From Nitrososphaeria archaeon (GTDB lineage Archaea; Thermoproteota; Nitrososphaeria; Nitrososphaerales; JAAOZN01), in assembly GCA_029775855.1 (NCBI GenBank), contig JARVJZ010000004.1:128001-192000 (forward strand): a stretch of DNA of 64,000 nucleotides, read 5' to 3'. Under the pieces are notes generated by a model. The model did not search any database. It was given only the letters and a program-made list of their open reading frames with translations, and was not told the origin of the DNA. Below are positions 9,690 to 17,567 of this stretch, in pieces. Numbering within the stretch: the first letter of the stretch is position 1; every line of letters starts with the position of its first letter. Both the position numbers and the translations under genes were made by a program.

Positions 9690-10616
9690 ATGAATAAGTT
9701 ATGCTTTAATAACTTGACTTCATATGGATGTGCGGGTAAAGCCTTGAAGATATACACCTATACAGCTTTAGCGATTCTTATACTTGCCTCAGTATTGACA
9801 TTCCTACCTAACGTATATTCAGCGCAAGCAACAGCTGCCTTCAATCTCTCAGATGGTTTGATTAAGGTTGAAGTCACAAGCCCGGTAGAAGTCTATCAAT
9901 TTCAACTCTCAATAACTCTACCTAGTGGTGCAACCATCAATGCTGCGCAAGCATCTACCACGGGCTTCATGGAGAATGCGGTCTTCCTGCAGGTGGGCAA
10001 TGAATATAGGTGGTTCAATCTTGACGCAAAACCATCGAAGGTAGGCTCATTAACCGTGCCAGCTTCTGGAGTAGGTGTAGACAACTTACCTCAGCTGCAG
10101 CTAGTAAGATTGGATCTGCTGGACGCGGGTGGAAATAAGATAGATCTTCAGCAGACATTACCGCTAAAGGCTACACTGGCACCGATTACAGTGACAACTA
10201 CGGTTAGGGAGACTATAACCACGACAACAACCGTAACCCAGACAACAACGCGCACAACCACAGTAACACAGCCTACAACAACCACACTCACATCAACCAT
10301 AACGCAGCCGACCACAATTACAACTACCTCTACAGTCACACAACCAACCACAGTCACAATAACGGTTACTTCAACAACAACTCAGCCAACAACAGTTACC
10401 GCGACATCTACAACTACAGCAACCGAAGTCAAAACCACAACTCAGACAACTACATCAACATCCACATACACAATAACTAGAACAGAGCTAGCAACTACAA
10501 CGGCCTACAAAGAGATAACCGTAGACACAACACCATACATAGCAGGCATCGTTATACTGATAATTATAATCATCATCCTAGCGATCCTAATGCTTAGACG
10601 CAAAGCAGCGGTCTAA
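9690..10616 (+). CDS. Membrane-anchored protein with cohesin-like N-terminal domain and Thr-rich stalk
   Basis: Signal peptide; beta-sandwich pattern (VYQFQLSITLP ... LVRLDLLDAGGNKI); ~110-aa Thr-rich QPTT repeats; C-terminal TM helix plus RRK; starts 1 nt after the upstream stop. Confidence 0.65.
   Translation: MNKLCFNNLTSYGCAGKALKIYTYTALAILILASVLTFLPNVYSAQATAAFNLSDGLIKVEVTSPVEVYQFQLSITLPSGATINAAQASTTGFMENAVFLQVGNEYRWFNLDAKPSKVGSLTVPASGVGVDNLPQLQLVRLDLLDAGGNKIDLQQTLPLKATLAPITVTTTVRETITTTTTVTQTTTRTTTVTQPTTTTLTSTITQPTTITTTSTVTQPTTVTITVTSTTTQPTTVTATSTTTATEVKTTTQTTTSTSTYTITRTELATTTAYKEITVDTTPYIAGIVILIIIIIILAILMLRRKAAV
10190..10530 (+). repeat. Thr-rich coding repeat (TQPTT units), probable glycosylated stalk
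   Basis: ACN-codon-rich low-complexity tract with four TQPTT units. Confidence 0.8.
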
Positions 10617-10644
10617 ACCCCAATTTTTTAAACTTAGATAAAAG

Positions 10645-10717
10645 TGCGGGATGCGGGATTCGAACCCGCGACCACCAGCTTGGGGGGCTGGTATCCTAAC
10701 CACTAGACCAATCCCGC
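10645..10717 (-). tRNA. tRNA-Gly(CCC), intronless, C at position 33
   Basis: Full cloverleaf; acceptor GCGGGAT/ATCCCGC with A73; anticodon arm CCAGC-CCCCCAA-GCTGG; T loop TTCGAAT; TTTAAA box ~26 nt upstream. Confidence 0.93.
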
Positions 10718-10754
10718 CACATTAACTTCCCCTTCAGCCTCCTTTAAACCGTTA

Positions 10755-10779
10755 CTCCCTTCTTTCTCAAGGAAGGGAG
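10755..10779. repeat. 11-bp inverted repeat between the divergent tRNA promoters
   Basis: CTCCCTTCTTT-CTC-AAGGAAGGGAG, with one G-T pair. Confidence 0.55.
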
Positions 10780-10833
10780 AAGATACTGAGAAGTAAAATC
10801 TTTAATCAAGCATTTCAGTAGCTAGAGTGAAGG

Positions 10834-10968
10834 GCCGCGGTCGCCTAGGCTAAACAAGGGGGAGACGCTAAATGCCCCAGCTCGGTAGGGCGCAGGCCTG
10901 GAGCCTTAGTCCAGCTTGTTAGCCTGTGACCCGCAAGGGTCTCGAGGGTTCAAATCCCTCCCGCGGCG
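10834..10968 (+). tRNA. tRNA-Ser(GGA) with a D-loop insert (10849-10880) and a 37/38 intron (10904-10920)
   Basis: Acceptor GCCGCGG/CCGCGGC with G73; long variable arm GACCC-GCAA-GGGTC; T arm GAGGG-TTCAAAT-CCCTC; removing both inserts gives a normal Ser cloverleaf with loop CTGGAGA. Confidence 0.88.
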
Positions 10969-11036
10969 CTCTCTATTAAGAAGCTGGTTAATATTAAAGA
11001 TATTTAACGATTTAGGGAACTTTACTACTTATTATA

Positions 11037-11072
11037 GTTAATTAATTAATTAATTAACAAAAAATTTATATT
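11037..11072 (+). promoter_or_regulatory. G(TTAA)5C perfect palindrome followed by an A-rich BRE and TATA box (TTTATATT) of the nuclease cassette
   Basis: 22-bp palindrome at 11037-11058; TATA at 11065-11072, ~25 nt before the ATG at 11097 (leaderless spacing). Confidence 0.6.
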
Positions 11073-11096
11073 TCAGATGCGCTCTTACTCAGTTCT

Positions 11097-11366
11097 ATGA
11101 ATTGGAAGGCGTCGAGTAAAGATTTCCGTGAAGAATTAGAAAGAATCTTCCAAGAAGGCGAGCGTAAAGGCTTACAATATGTAGATGTTATTTCAGGTGA
11201 GCTACATAGGAGAGTAGGTGGGTACCCCGGACGCAATCATAGAATGCCGCTCTGTTGTCACGTTATGCGAAGTATGATGCAAGAAGAAGATGAAGTGCTT
11301 GCTGAGCCGCCTAAAGGTAATGGGGCTACCCTAAAGATAAGGTATAGATTGCCAAGGAGGGTTTGA
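11097..11366 (+). CDS. Small conserved protein with GGYPGxNHRMPxCC motif (recalled as a nuclease-associated domain)
   Basis: ELHRRVGGYPGRNHRMPLCCHVM ... PPKGNGATLKIRYRLPR; first gene of a tight operon. Confidence 0.7.
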   Translation: MNWKASSKDFREELERIFQEGERKGLQYVDVISGELHRRVGGYPGRNHRMPLCCHVMRSMMQEEDEVLAEPPKGNGATLKIRYRLPRRV

Positions 11367-11367
11367 A

Positions 11368-11841
11368 GTGAGGATTCTTATAGTCGTACCTTGCGGGAAG
11401 AGTAAGATCTGGGATGTAGACCAGGACAGAGGGCCGACGAGGGCAGAGGAAGCATACACTGGAGGGCCGTTCAAGGTTAATCGGGCGTTTGCAAAGAGAT
11501 TCGCCGATAGATGGGTGATCCTTTCAGCTAAATACGGTTTCATAGACCCGTCTTTCACTATCCTCGAAAATTATAACGTGACATTTAAAGACCCTTCTAC
11601 TAACCCGATAAGTTTAGAACAGCTAAGAAGCCAGGTGGATGAGATGAAGCTGGATGCATACGATGTCGTGATAGCCTTAGGCGGCAGAGATTACACATCA
11701 ATAGTCAAGAGGTGTTTTGGCGATAAAAAGAAGGTGATATGCCCAGCTGAAGGGCTGCCGGTGGGTAAAGCTATGGGGTGCATCAGTAATCTTACAAATC
11801 TCGACAGAGAGGAGATGCTAAGGGAGATAGGTTTGTGTTAA
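11368..11841 (+). CDS. DUF6884-like protein
   Basis: IVVPCGKSK ... AEEAYTG ... WVILSAKYGFIDP ... ENYNVTF ... LGGRDY ... GLPVG pattern. Confidence 0.75.
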   Translation: MRILIVVPCGKSKIWDVDQDRGPTRAEEAYTGGPFKVNRAFAKRFADRWVILSAKYGFIDPSFTILENYNVTFKDPSTNPISLEQLRSQVDEMKLDAYDVVIALGGRDYTSIVKRCFGDKKKVICPAEGLPVGKAMGCISNLTNLDREEMLREIGLC

Positions 11842-12482
11842 TGTGGAGAAATTCTGTGGAAGAAATCTGTAGATGTGTACATGAACTTATCAGCTCACTG
11901 TCAGCGTACTCTAATCCCAGTCAAGTGTCTTTCACCAATGGCCTATACTTCTTTTACGAGAAGGGGGAAGTGTCCATTCATGCACCCAATGGTCGTGTTG
12001 TTAGAGTAGGTAATCACCCATATTCAAGCAATGGTTTAAAAAGGCGCTTGCAGCTCCACTACTCTGGAAACAAGAATAGCAGCGTGTTCCGCAAGTTCCT
12101 TGGAGGAGCTTTAATGCGTAGAGAAAACCCTGCACATCCATGTTTACCTCATTGGGAAAAGCAAGGCCAACCTACCTGCAAAGTATGCAGGAAGGTCGAA
12201 GAAGATGTTTCAAATCTTCTAAGAGCTAACTTCTACTTCCGATGTGTAAAGATCGAGGATAAAGGGACGCGTAATCTTCTTGAGAAAAAGCTGATAGCCA
12301 CAATCTCTTCATGTAAGATATGTAAGCCGTCTGGAAATTGGTTAGGGAGGTACGCATATTCAGATCTTGTTAGAAGTTCTGGTTTATGGAACTCTAATTA
12401 TGTTTATGATGGGGATTGGGTTATGTCAGCAGAAGATTTAAATTTGCTGCGTAATCTGATACAGTTAACGCGTGTAAGGTAA
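11835..12482 (+). CDS. Divergent GIY-YIG-type nuclease with Cys-rich (Zn) insertions
   Basis: GLYFF ... VRVG ... LKRRLQLH ... NKNSSVFRK ... LEKKLI ... SGLWN; CKVC and CKIC motifs. Confidence 0.65.
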   Translation: MLMWRNSVEEICRCVHELISSLSAYSNPSQVSFTNGLYFFYEKGEVSIHAPNGRVVRVGNHPYSSNGLKRRLQLHYSGNKNSSVFRKFLGGALMRRENPAHPCLPHWEKQGQPTCKVCRKVEEDVSNLLRANFYFRCVKIEDKGTRNLLEKKLIATISSCKICKPSGNWLGRYAYSDLVRSSGLWNSNYVYDGDWVMSAEDLNLLRNLIQLTRVR

Positions 12483-12634
12483 TGACAGCGCAGAGCCGTA
12501 TTGTTCTTTGCAGCTATTGTAAGAGAAGAAGGGCGGAATATGACATTGGCAGCGAGGTTTATCTATGCAAGGAATGTTACGAGGAGTGGCACTTTAACGC
12601 TTTTCAACAGATGAGTGAATTCAGCTTATTCTAA
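12482..12634 (+). CDS. 50-aa zinc-finger microprotein (not in the ORF track)
   Basis: TAATG stop/start overlap with the nuclease gene; MTAQSRIVLCSYCKRRRAEYDIGSEVYLCKECYEEWHFNAFQQMSEFSLF (CxxC-x15-CxxC). Confidence 0.6.
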   Translation: MTAQSRIVLCSYCKRRRAEYDIGSEVYLCKECYEEWHFNAFQQMSEFSLF

Positions 12635-13851
12635 CGATACACCGCTCTTTTTGAACGATCAACACCCACTGGAAGCAGAAGTATAACGCTTAAGACCATT
12701 GCCGCTGCTGAAAGTGTAAAGGCTGGGCTATAGCTACCCATAGACTCACGTAGAAAGCCCGCAACAATAGGAGATACTGTAGCACCGATACCGTAAAATA
12801 AGGTCCATAAGCCGATTACTGATCCAGACGACTTCTCCTCAAAATACTCTGAAGCGCAAGCTGCATATATAGGGAACATAGACGCATAAAAGATGCCGTA
12901 CATAATGGCTAAGAGCATCAGTAGATGGAGACTTGCTCCAATAGCAACCATGCTGTAGATTGACACTGCGACACCAAGGTTGCAGAGGGCTAAGCCTTGT
13001 ATTCGACCTATTTTGTCTGATAGATATGGGAGGATTAGACTTGCGGGGATGCCGCTGAAGGCAACGGCGCTAGCCAGTCCTGCCGAATAAGCATAATCTA
13101 TTGAGAGATCTATGTTAAAGTATGCTACCATAAAGGTCATCGTGGTGCTTGTAGCGAAGGCTATAGCAAAGTATGATGAGGCTATGAACCAGAACGTTCC
13201 TGATGATAAGATTATTTGAGTTGCTTCTTGTGTTCTAAATTCTCTTCGTCTATCCGTTGATTCTTTTTCTTTTAGGAGAAGCGCTGAGGCTGCAGCTAGT
13301 GTTAGGGTGAAGACGCCCATTAGATACCATCCATGCTGCCAACCATAGGTGTCTACAATTATTGGCAGCAGTAAACCCATCAAGCCGTATCCAACACCAT
13401 AGCCTGAATTCACTACTCCTATTGCTCTACCTCTCTTCTCAGCTTTAAACCACATAGTAACAAGCCTTATGATTGCAACCCATCCAGCGTGTGAACCAAC
13501 CCCGACGAGCGCGAATAAGAAGACTCCTAGAGACCACTCTTTAACAGAACCCATCATAAATGTGCCGAACCCCATCACCACACAGAGCAGCGGTATAACC
13601 TTCTTGCAGCCAACTCTATCAACCATGAAGCCTATCAGTGGCGCTGATAGCGTATATGAGAGGAAATAGGCGCTTGCTATAAACCCGCTCTGAACATCTG
13701 TCAAATTTAGAGAAGACTTCATCGGCGGTATTAGAATACCGTATCCAAACCTTATGCCATATGATGCGAGCACAAGAAGAAAACCTACACCAAGTATCAC
13801 ATAACCCCAGTAAAAGCGCTTGAGCATCCTCTTGTATGAGAATAGACCCAT
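12631..13851 (-). CDS. MFS transporter
   Basis: ~12 TM helices; GFMVDRVGCKK and YLSDKIGR motif-A loops. Confidence 0.9.
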   Translation of the reverse strand: MGLFSYKRMLKRFYWGYVILGVGFLLVLASYGIRFGYGILIPPMKSSLNLTDVQSGFIASAYFLSYTLSAPLIGFMVDRVGCKKVIPLLCVVMGFGTFMMGSVKEWSLGVFLFALVGVGSHAGWVAIIRLVTMWFKAEKRGRAIGVVNSGYGVGYGLMGLLLPIIVDTYGWQHGWYLMGVFTLTLAAASALLLKEKESTDRRREFRTQEATQIILSSGTFWFIASSYFAIAFATSTTMTFMVAYFNIDLSIDYAYSAGLASAVAFSGIPASLILPYLSDKIGRIQGLALCNLGVAVSIYSMVAIGASLHLLMLLAIMYGIFYASMFPIYAACASEYFEEKSSGSVIGLWTLFYGIGATVSPIVAGFLRESMGSYSPAFTLSAAAMVLSVILLLPVGVDRSKRAVYR

Positions 13852-13905
13852 TAGATTAAGTTTCTCTTTTTAATAAAAATATGAAGTGGGTAGGTTTTCT
13901 TTATG

Positions 13906-14679
13906 CTACCTACCCTTAAAGACAGGCTTCCTCTTTTCCAGAAACGCTCTCATAGCCTCCTTTTGATCCTCAGTTGTGAAGAGTGGAAGCTGCTCGAGCT
14001 GCTGGTAAAGTAGCCCATCGTCGATCTGCATCTCTCCACCAACATTGATGGTCATCTTGATGGCGCCGATTGCCTTTGTCGGCCCGTTTGCTAATTGATT
14101 GGCGATTCTAAATGCTTCTTCAAAGAGTTTATCTGCTGGAACGACCCAGTTGACTAATCCAAGCTTCTGAGCTTCCCAAGCTGATATTGGATCTGGGAAG
14201 AAGAGGAGCTGCTTGGCCTTTAATCTGCCAACCCATCTAACTAGAAGCTGGGAGATTCCTGCGCCTGGTGAGATTCCTACGCCTACCTCTGGGTTGGCTA
14301 ATCTTGCGTCATCAGCAGCAACGATGAGGTCAAAGCCGTTCAGCATATCCATTACGCAGAAGCCGTTGACCGCAGCTATAATCGGCTTCCTCAGCCTCAT
14401 CATATATTTGTAGAGCTCTATCATTTTGCCGTTAAACTTGAGCATGAATTCTGGGGTTGCATCTTTGAACTCCTGTAAGTCGCCACCAGCATTAAAGTTC
14501 CTACCAGCAGCTGTGAATAGTATGGCTCTTACACTATCGTCTTCACCGGCTCTGTGCATGGCATCCCAGAGCTCAGAGACCATCTGAGAGTTGACTGCAT
14601 TATTCACCTCAGGTCTATTCAAAGTGATTATAGCAACGCCGCCACGCTGCTCATACTTGATAGTCTTATACTCAGACAT
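13906..14679 (-). CDS. Enoyl-CoA hydratase/isomerase (crotonase family)
   Basis: ITLNRPE, FNAGGDL, KPIIAAVNG, PEVGVG, FLEKRKPVFKG. Confidence 0.92.
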   Translation of the reverse strand: MSEYKTIKYEQRGGVAIITLNRPEVNNAVNSQMVSELWDAMHRAGEDDSVRAILFTAAGRNFNAGGDLQEFKDATPEFMLKFNGKMIELYKYMMRLRKPIIAAVNGFCVMDMLNGFDLIVAADDARLANPEVGVGISPGAGISQLLVRWVGRLKAKQLLFFPDPISAWEAQKLGLVNWVVPADKLFEEAFRIANQLANGPTKAIGAIKMTINVGGEMQIDDGLLYQQLEQLPLFTTEDQKEAMRAFLEKRKPVFKGR

Positions 14680-14761
14680 AGCGCATCGTTAAGCATTTAT
14701 CAAAAGGGTCTTTTTAGCCTTTCGACTAAAAGGTTAAAGCATCTTATGTCTTTCAAAATCT

Positions 14762-15460
14762 ATGATGCAGAGGGCTAAGGTAGGTACATCTGGATACAGC
14801 TACTTTTGGAACTTAGGTGTGCCTACACCCTTTGAGTGGTATGTTAAACAAGGCTTTAACACAGTCGAGATCAATGCAAGCTTCTACCGTTTTCCCTCTC
14901 CAAGCTGGATCAAGGCTTGGAGTAAAGCGCCCTCAGGATTTGATTTCTCCGTTAAGGTGCATCGCTCTCTAACACACTACGCTAAGCTTTCAGAGAAAGC
15001 AGTAAAGCTTTGGTATATCTTCAAAGATCTGTTCAAACCTATTGGGGACAGAATTGCTTTCTGGCTCTTTCAGATGCCTCCAAGCTTTACACCAACAGAA
15101 AAGAACCTAAAACGCATTAAAGCCTTCTTCAACACGCTGCATCTAGGCTCATCAGCTGCTGTTGAATTTAGGGATCCCGCGTGGTGGAGCGTTAAAAATG
15201 ATTTAAAGGATTGTGAGGTTACTTTCTGCTCAGTAGATGCACCTTTTCTGCCGAGAGAAATAGTCTGTCTGAGTGATGCGCTCTATCTTAGGCTTCACGG
15301 TAGAGAAGAGTGGTACGCTTACACATATAGTAGGCGTGAACTTGAGGAGATTGCGAAGCGGGTTAAAGAAGCGCAAACAGAGAGAATATACATATATTTG
15401 AACAACGACTTTGGTATGCTAGAGAATGGCAAACTTCTACTGAAGCTTTTAGAAGAGTAG
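14762..15460 (+). CDS. DUF72 family protein
   Basis: VGTSGY, VEINASFY, FQMPPSF, EFRD, YLRLHG, YLNND. Confidence 0.92.
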   Translation: MMQRAKVGTSGYSYFWNLGVPTPFEWYVKQGFNTVEINASFYRFPSPSWIKAWSKAPSGFDFSVKVHRSLTHYAKLSEKAVKLWYIFKDLFKPIGDRIAFWLFQMPPSFTPTEKNLKRIKAFFNTLHLGSSAAVEFRDPAWWSVKNDLKDCEVTFCSVDAPFLPREIVCLSDALYLRLHGREEWYAYTYSRRELEEIAKRVKEAQTERIYIYLNNDFGMLENGKLLLKLLEE

Positions 15461-15505
15461 GGTTAACTTTATCTACAATAAATAAGGTAATCATGCTGTA
15501 TTACT

Positions 15506-16000
15506 TTGGCGCGCAGACGCATATTTCTACTCGTACTTCTCGCTCTGATAGGGGTTGCTGCATCAGGCTCAGCATCAGCTATGGGCAAAGAAGAAGCGAA
15601 TAAGATGCTAGAAGATGTGAAAAAGAGTGTACCCTCTTCGCCAAATATTATAGACATATTCACTAACAACCTTAGAGTAGCTCTGCTTATGCTAATACCA
15701 GGATTAGGGCTTATTCTAGCACCCTATGTGCTCTACAACACAGGATTGGTCTTCGCAGCCACAGGTGTAGTGAATGGTGTACCCGGTTTAATGCTTCTTT
15801 TGGCAACAGCTATTTTACCCTTTTTTTGGCTTGAGTTCGTAGCGTATGCCACATCCACCACGCAGAACCTATATCTGATATGGGCGATTAAGTCCAAGAC
15901 TCTTCGCTATGAGCTACGAAACCTTGGCTACAGCTTACTTATGATAGTACTCTTACTTCTGTTAGGCGCTTGGATAGAAACGCTCTTTCTATCTTCTTAA
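15506..16000 (+). CDS. SpoIIM/DUF95-like membrane protein
   Basis: IFTNNLRVAL, LYNTG, LPFFWLE, LGAWIET. Confidence 0.8.
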   Translation: MARRRIFLLVLLALIGVAASGSASAMGKEEANKMLEDVKKSVPSSPNIIDIFTNNLRVALLMLIPGLGLILAPYVLYNTGLVFAATGVVNGVPGLMLLLATAILPFFWLEFVAYATSTTQNLYLIWAIKSKTLRYELRNLGYSLLMIVLLLLLGAWIETLFLSS

Positions 16001-16001
16001 C

Positions 16002-17447
16002 CTACTTAATTTTCTGATTGAGTCTAATCTTATTGTTGAGTTTCTCAAGTAGCCAAGGCATATACTTCTTGACCAACATAAGCATCTCGTCATTTCCTAT
16101 CCTTGTAAGTCTACCTTCATCATACTTAGCTTGAATCTCTCTGTGGATCTCAGATACTCCAGGTGTTGACTTTGTAACCTTATTTTCTCCCGTGAGTCTA
16201 AAGTAGTGGTTTATCCAGAATACAACACCAGCTAACCCCGAATATTCAGAAACTGCTACACTTGGAGAGCGATCCAAGAGCTTCTCGGTGTCGAACGGCA
16301 GATACATTTCTATATTCTTTAATAATCCGTCTGCGTGTATTCCAGCCCAAGTTATGTTGAAGTTCTCGCCTACTATAGGGTAGTATGAAGGTATGCTGTA
16401 ACCCACTTCCTCTTCGTAATATTGGGCTATCTTGGTTATGACTTTAGTGTCCATCCCATCTAAGTCGCCTTTTATGGTTGCATACATGAAGACCATCGCT
16501 TCTAAGGGTACATTTCCAGCCCTTTCACCTATACCCAGCAAGGTGCAGTTTACTAGCGATGCACCATATAGCCAAGCTGATACAGAGTTAGCAACACCCA
16601 TGTGAAAATCGTTATGCCCATGAAACTCCAGACAATCAGATGGAACATCACATAAATTGTTGATTACCCAGATTAGCTTCGGCACGCTTCGTGGAAGCGC
16701 GCTCGAATCCCAAGGTAGTCCTATACCTAGTGTGTCGCATACCCTAACCTTAGCTGGTAACCCATATTTTCGCGAGAGTTTCATAAGTTTCTTTATGAAT
16801 GGTACTACCACACCAAAGATGTCAGCCCTTGTGCTGTCCTCTAAATGCACTCTTGGCACTATACCAAGCTTGAAGGTTTCTTCAGCAACCTCAAGATACT
16901 TTGATATAACCTTCTGCCTTCCTAACCCTTGAAACTTATAGAAGATATGGTAGTCGCTTACTGGTGTAACCATACCGCACTCCTCTACACCACTTTCTTT
17001 AACGAGCCTAAGGTCTTCGTACGTAGGTCTCATCCAACCAGCGATAATAGGATATTCATAGCCAAGATTTCTACAGGCCTCAACAGCTTCTCTATCCTTC
17101 TTAGAGTATAAGAAGAATTCTGATTGAAGAACCTTTCCCTTAGAGCCGCCTAACTCGTGTAATAGTGTATAAAGATCAACTATCTGCTTAACGGTATAGG
17201 GTTCACGCGCCTGCTGCCCGTCTCTAAATGTAGTGTCTGTTATCCAGATCTTGTCAGGTATCTTTATGGGTAAGAGAACACCGTCGAAGACAGTTAAAGG
17301 AGGCTTATCCCAAGGAAAGAACTCCTTGTAAAGCTTCGGCTGAGGCACTTCTACAACTTCGTAGTCAGGAAGGTCTATAGATTCCTTTCGAAGGTAGGAT
17401 AGGAATTCCTGTCTTTTTTCGTAATCAAGGTAGTTCCACTTGCTCAA
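16002..17447 (-). CDS. Re-citrate synthase-like DRE-TIM metallolyase
   Basis: IWITDTTFRDGQQAR, QSEFFLYSKKDREAV, HLEDSTRAD, LPRSVPK, EFHGHNDF, AGIHADG. Confidence 0.8.
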   Translation of the reverse strand: MSKWNYLDYEKRQEFLSYLRKESIDLPDYEVVEVPQPKLYKEFFPWDKPPLTVFDGVLLPIKIPDKIWITDTTFRDGQQAREPYTVKQIVDLYTLLHELGGSKGKVLQSEFFLYSKKDREAVEACRNLGYEYPIIAGWMRPTYEDLRLVKESGVEECGMVTPVSDYHIFYKFQGLGRQKVISKYLEVAEETFKLGIVPRVHLEDSTRADIFGVVVPFIKKLMKLSRKYGLPAKVRVCDTLGIGLPWDSSALPRSVPKLIWVINNLCDVPSDCLEFHGHNDFHMGVANSVSAWLYGASLVNCTLLGIGERAGNVPLEAMVFMYATIKGDLDGMDTKVITKIAQYYEEEVGYSIPSYYPIVGENFNITWAGIHADGLLKNIEMYLPFDTEKLLDRSPSVAVSEYSGLAGVVFWINHYFRLTGENKVTKSTPGVSEIHREIQAKYDEGRLTRIGNDEMLMLVKKYMPWLLEKLNNKIRLNQKIK

Positions 17448-17567
17448 GGTTCCTAACTATACCTATTGGATAGAGAGTATATTACCTTATCGCTTTTCTG
17501 GGCAAACTAGCAGCAAATCACCCTATCACTTAACATTTGTCGATTAAAGTGTGTTCTTGCTGGACGA

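Noticed and set aside
10190-10530. Possible CRISPR or DNA repeat array
   Set aside because: It is a degenerate Thr-codon tract inside a CDS with no repeat-spacer structure; the same applies to the YG tract.
10898-10921. Alternative splice giving loop CTTGTTA (Thr, UGU anticodon)
   Set aside because: It would place a pyrimidine at 37, lacks BHB geometry, and conflicts with the Ser-type variable arm and G73.
10969-12634. Integrated mobile element at tRNA-Ser
   Set aside because: No integrase or transposase, and I found no duplicated tRNA 3' end (att site); only the position suggests an island.
17510-17563. Imperfect hairpin between the ybaK-like and Re-citrate synthase-like genes
   Set aside because: Short AT-rich stems with no ACA or K-turn motif; compatible with chance.
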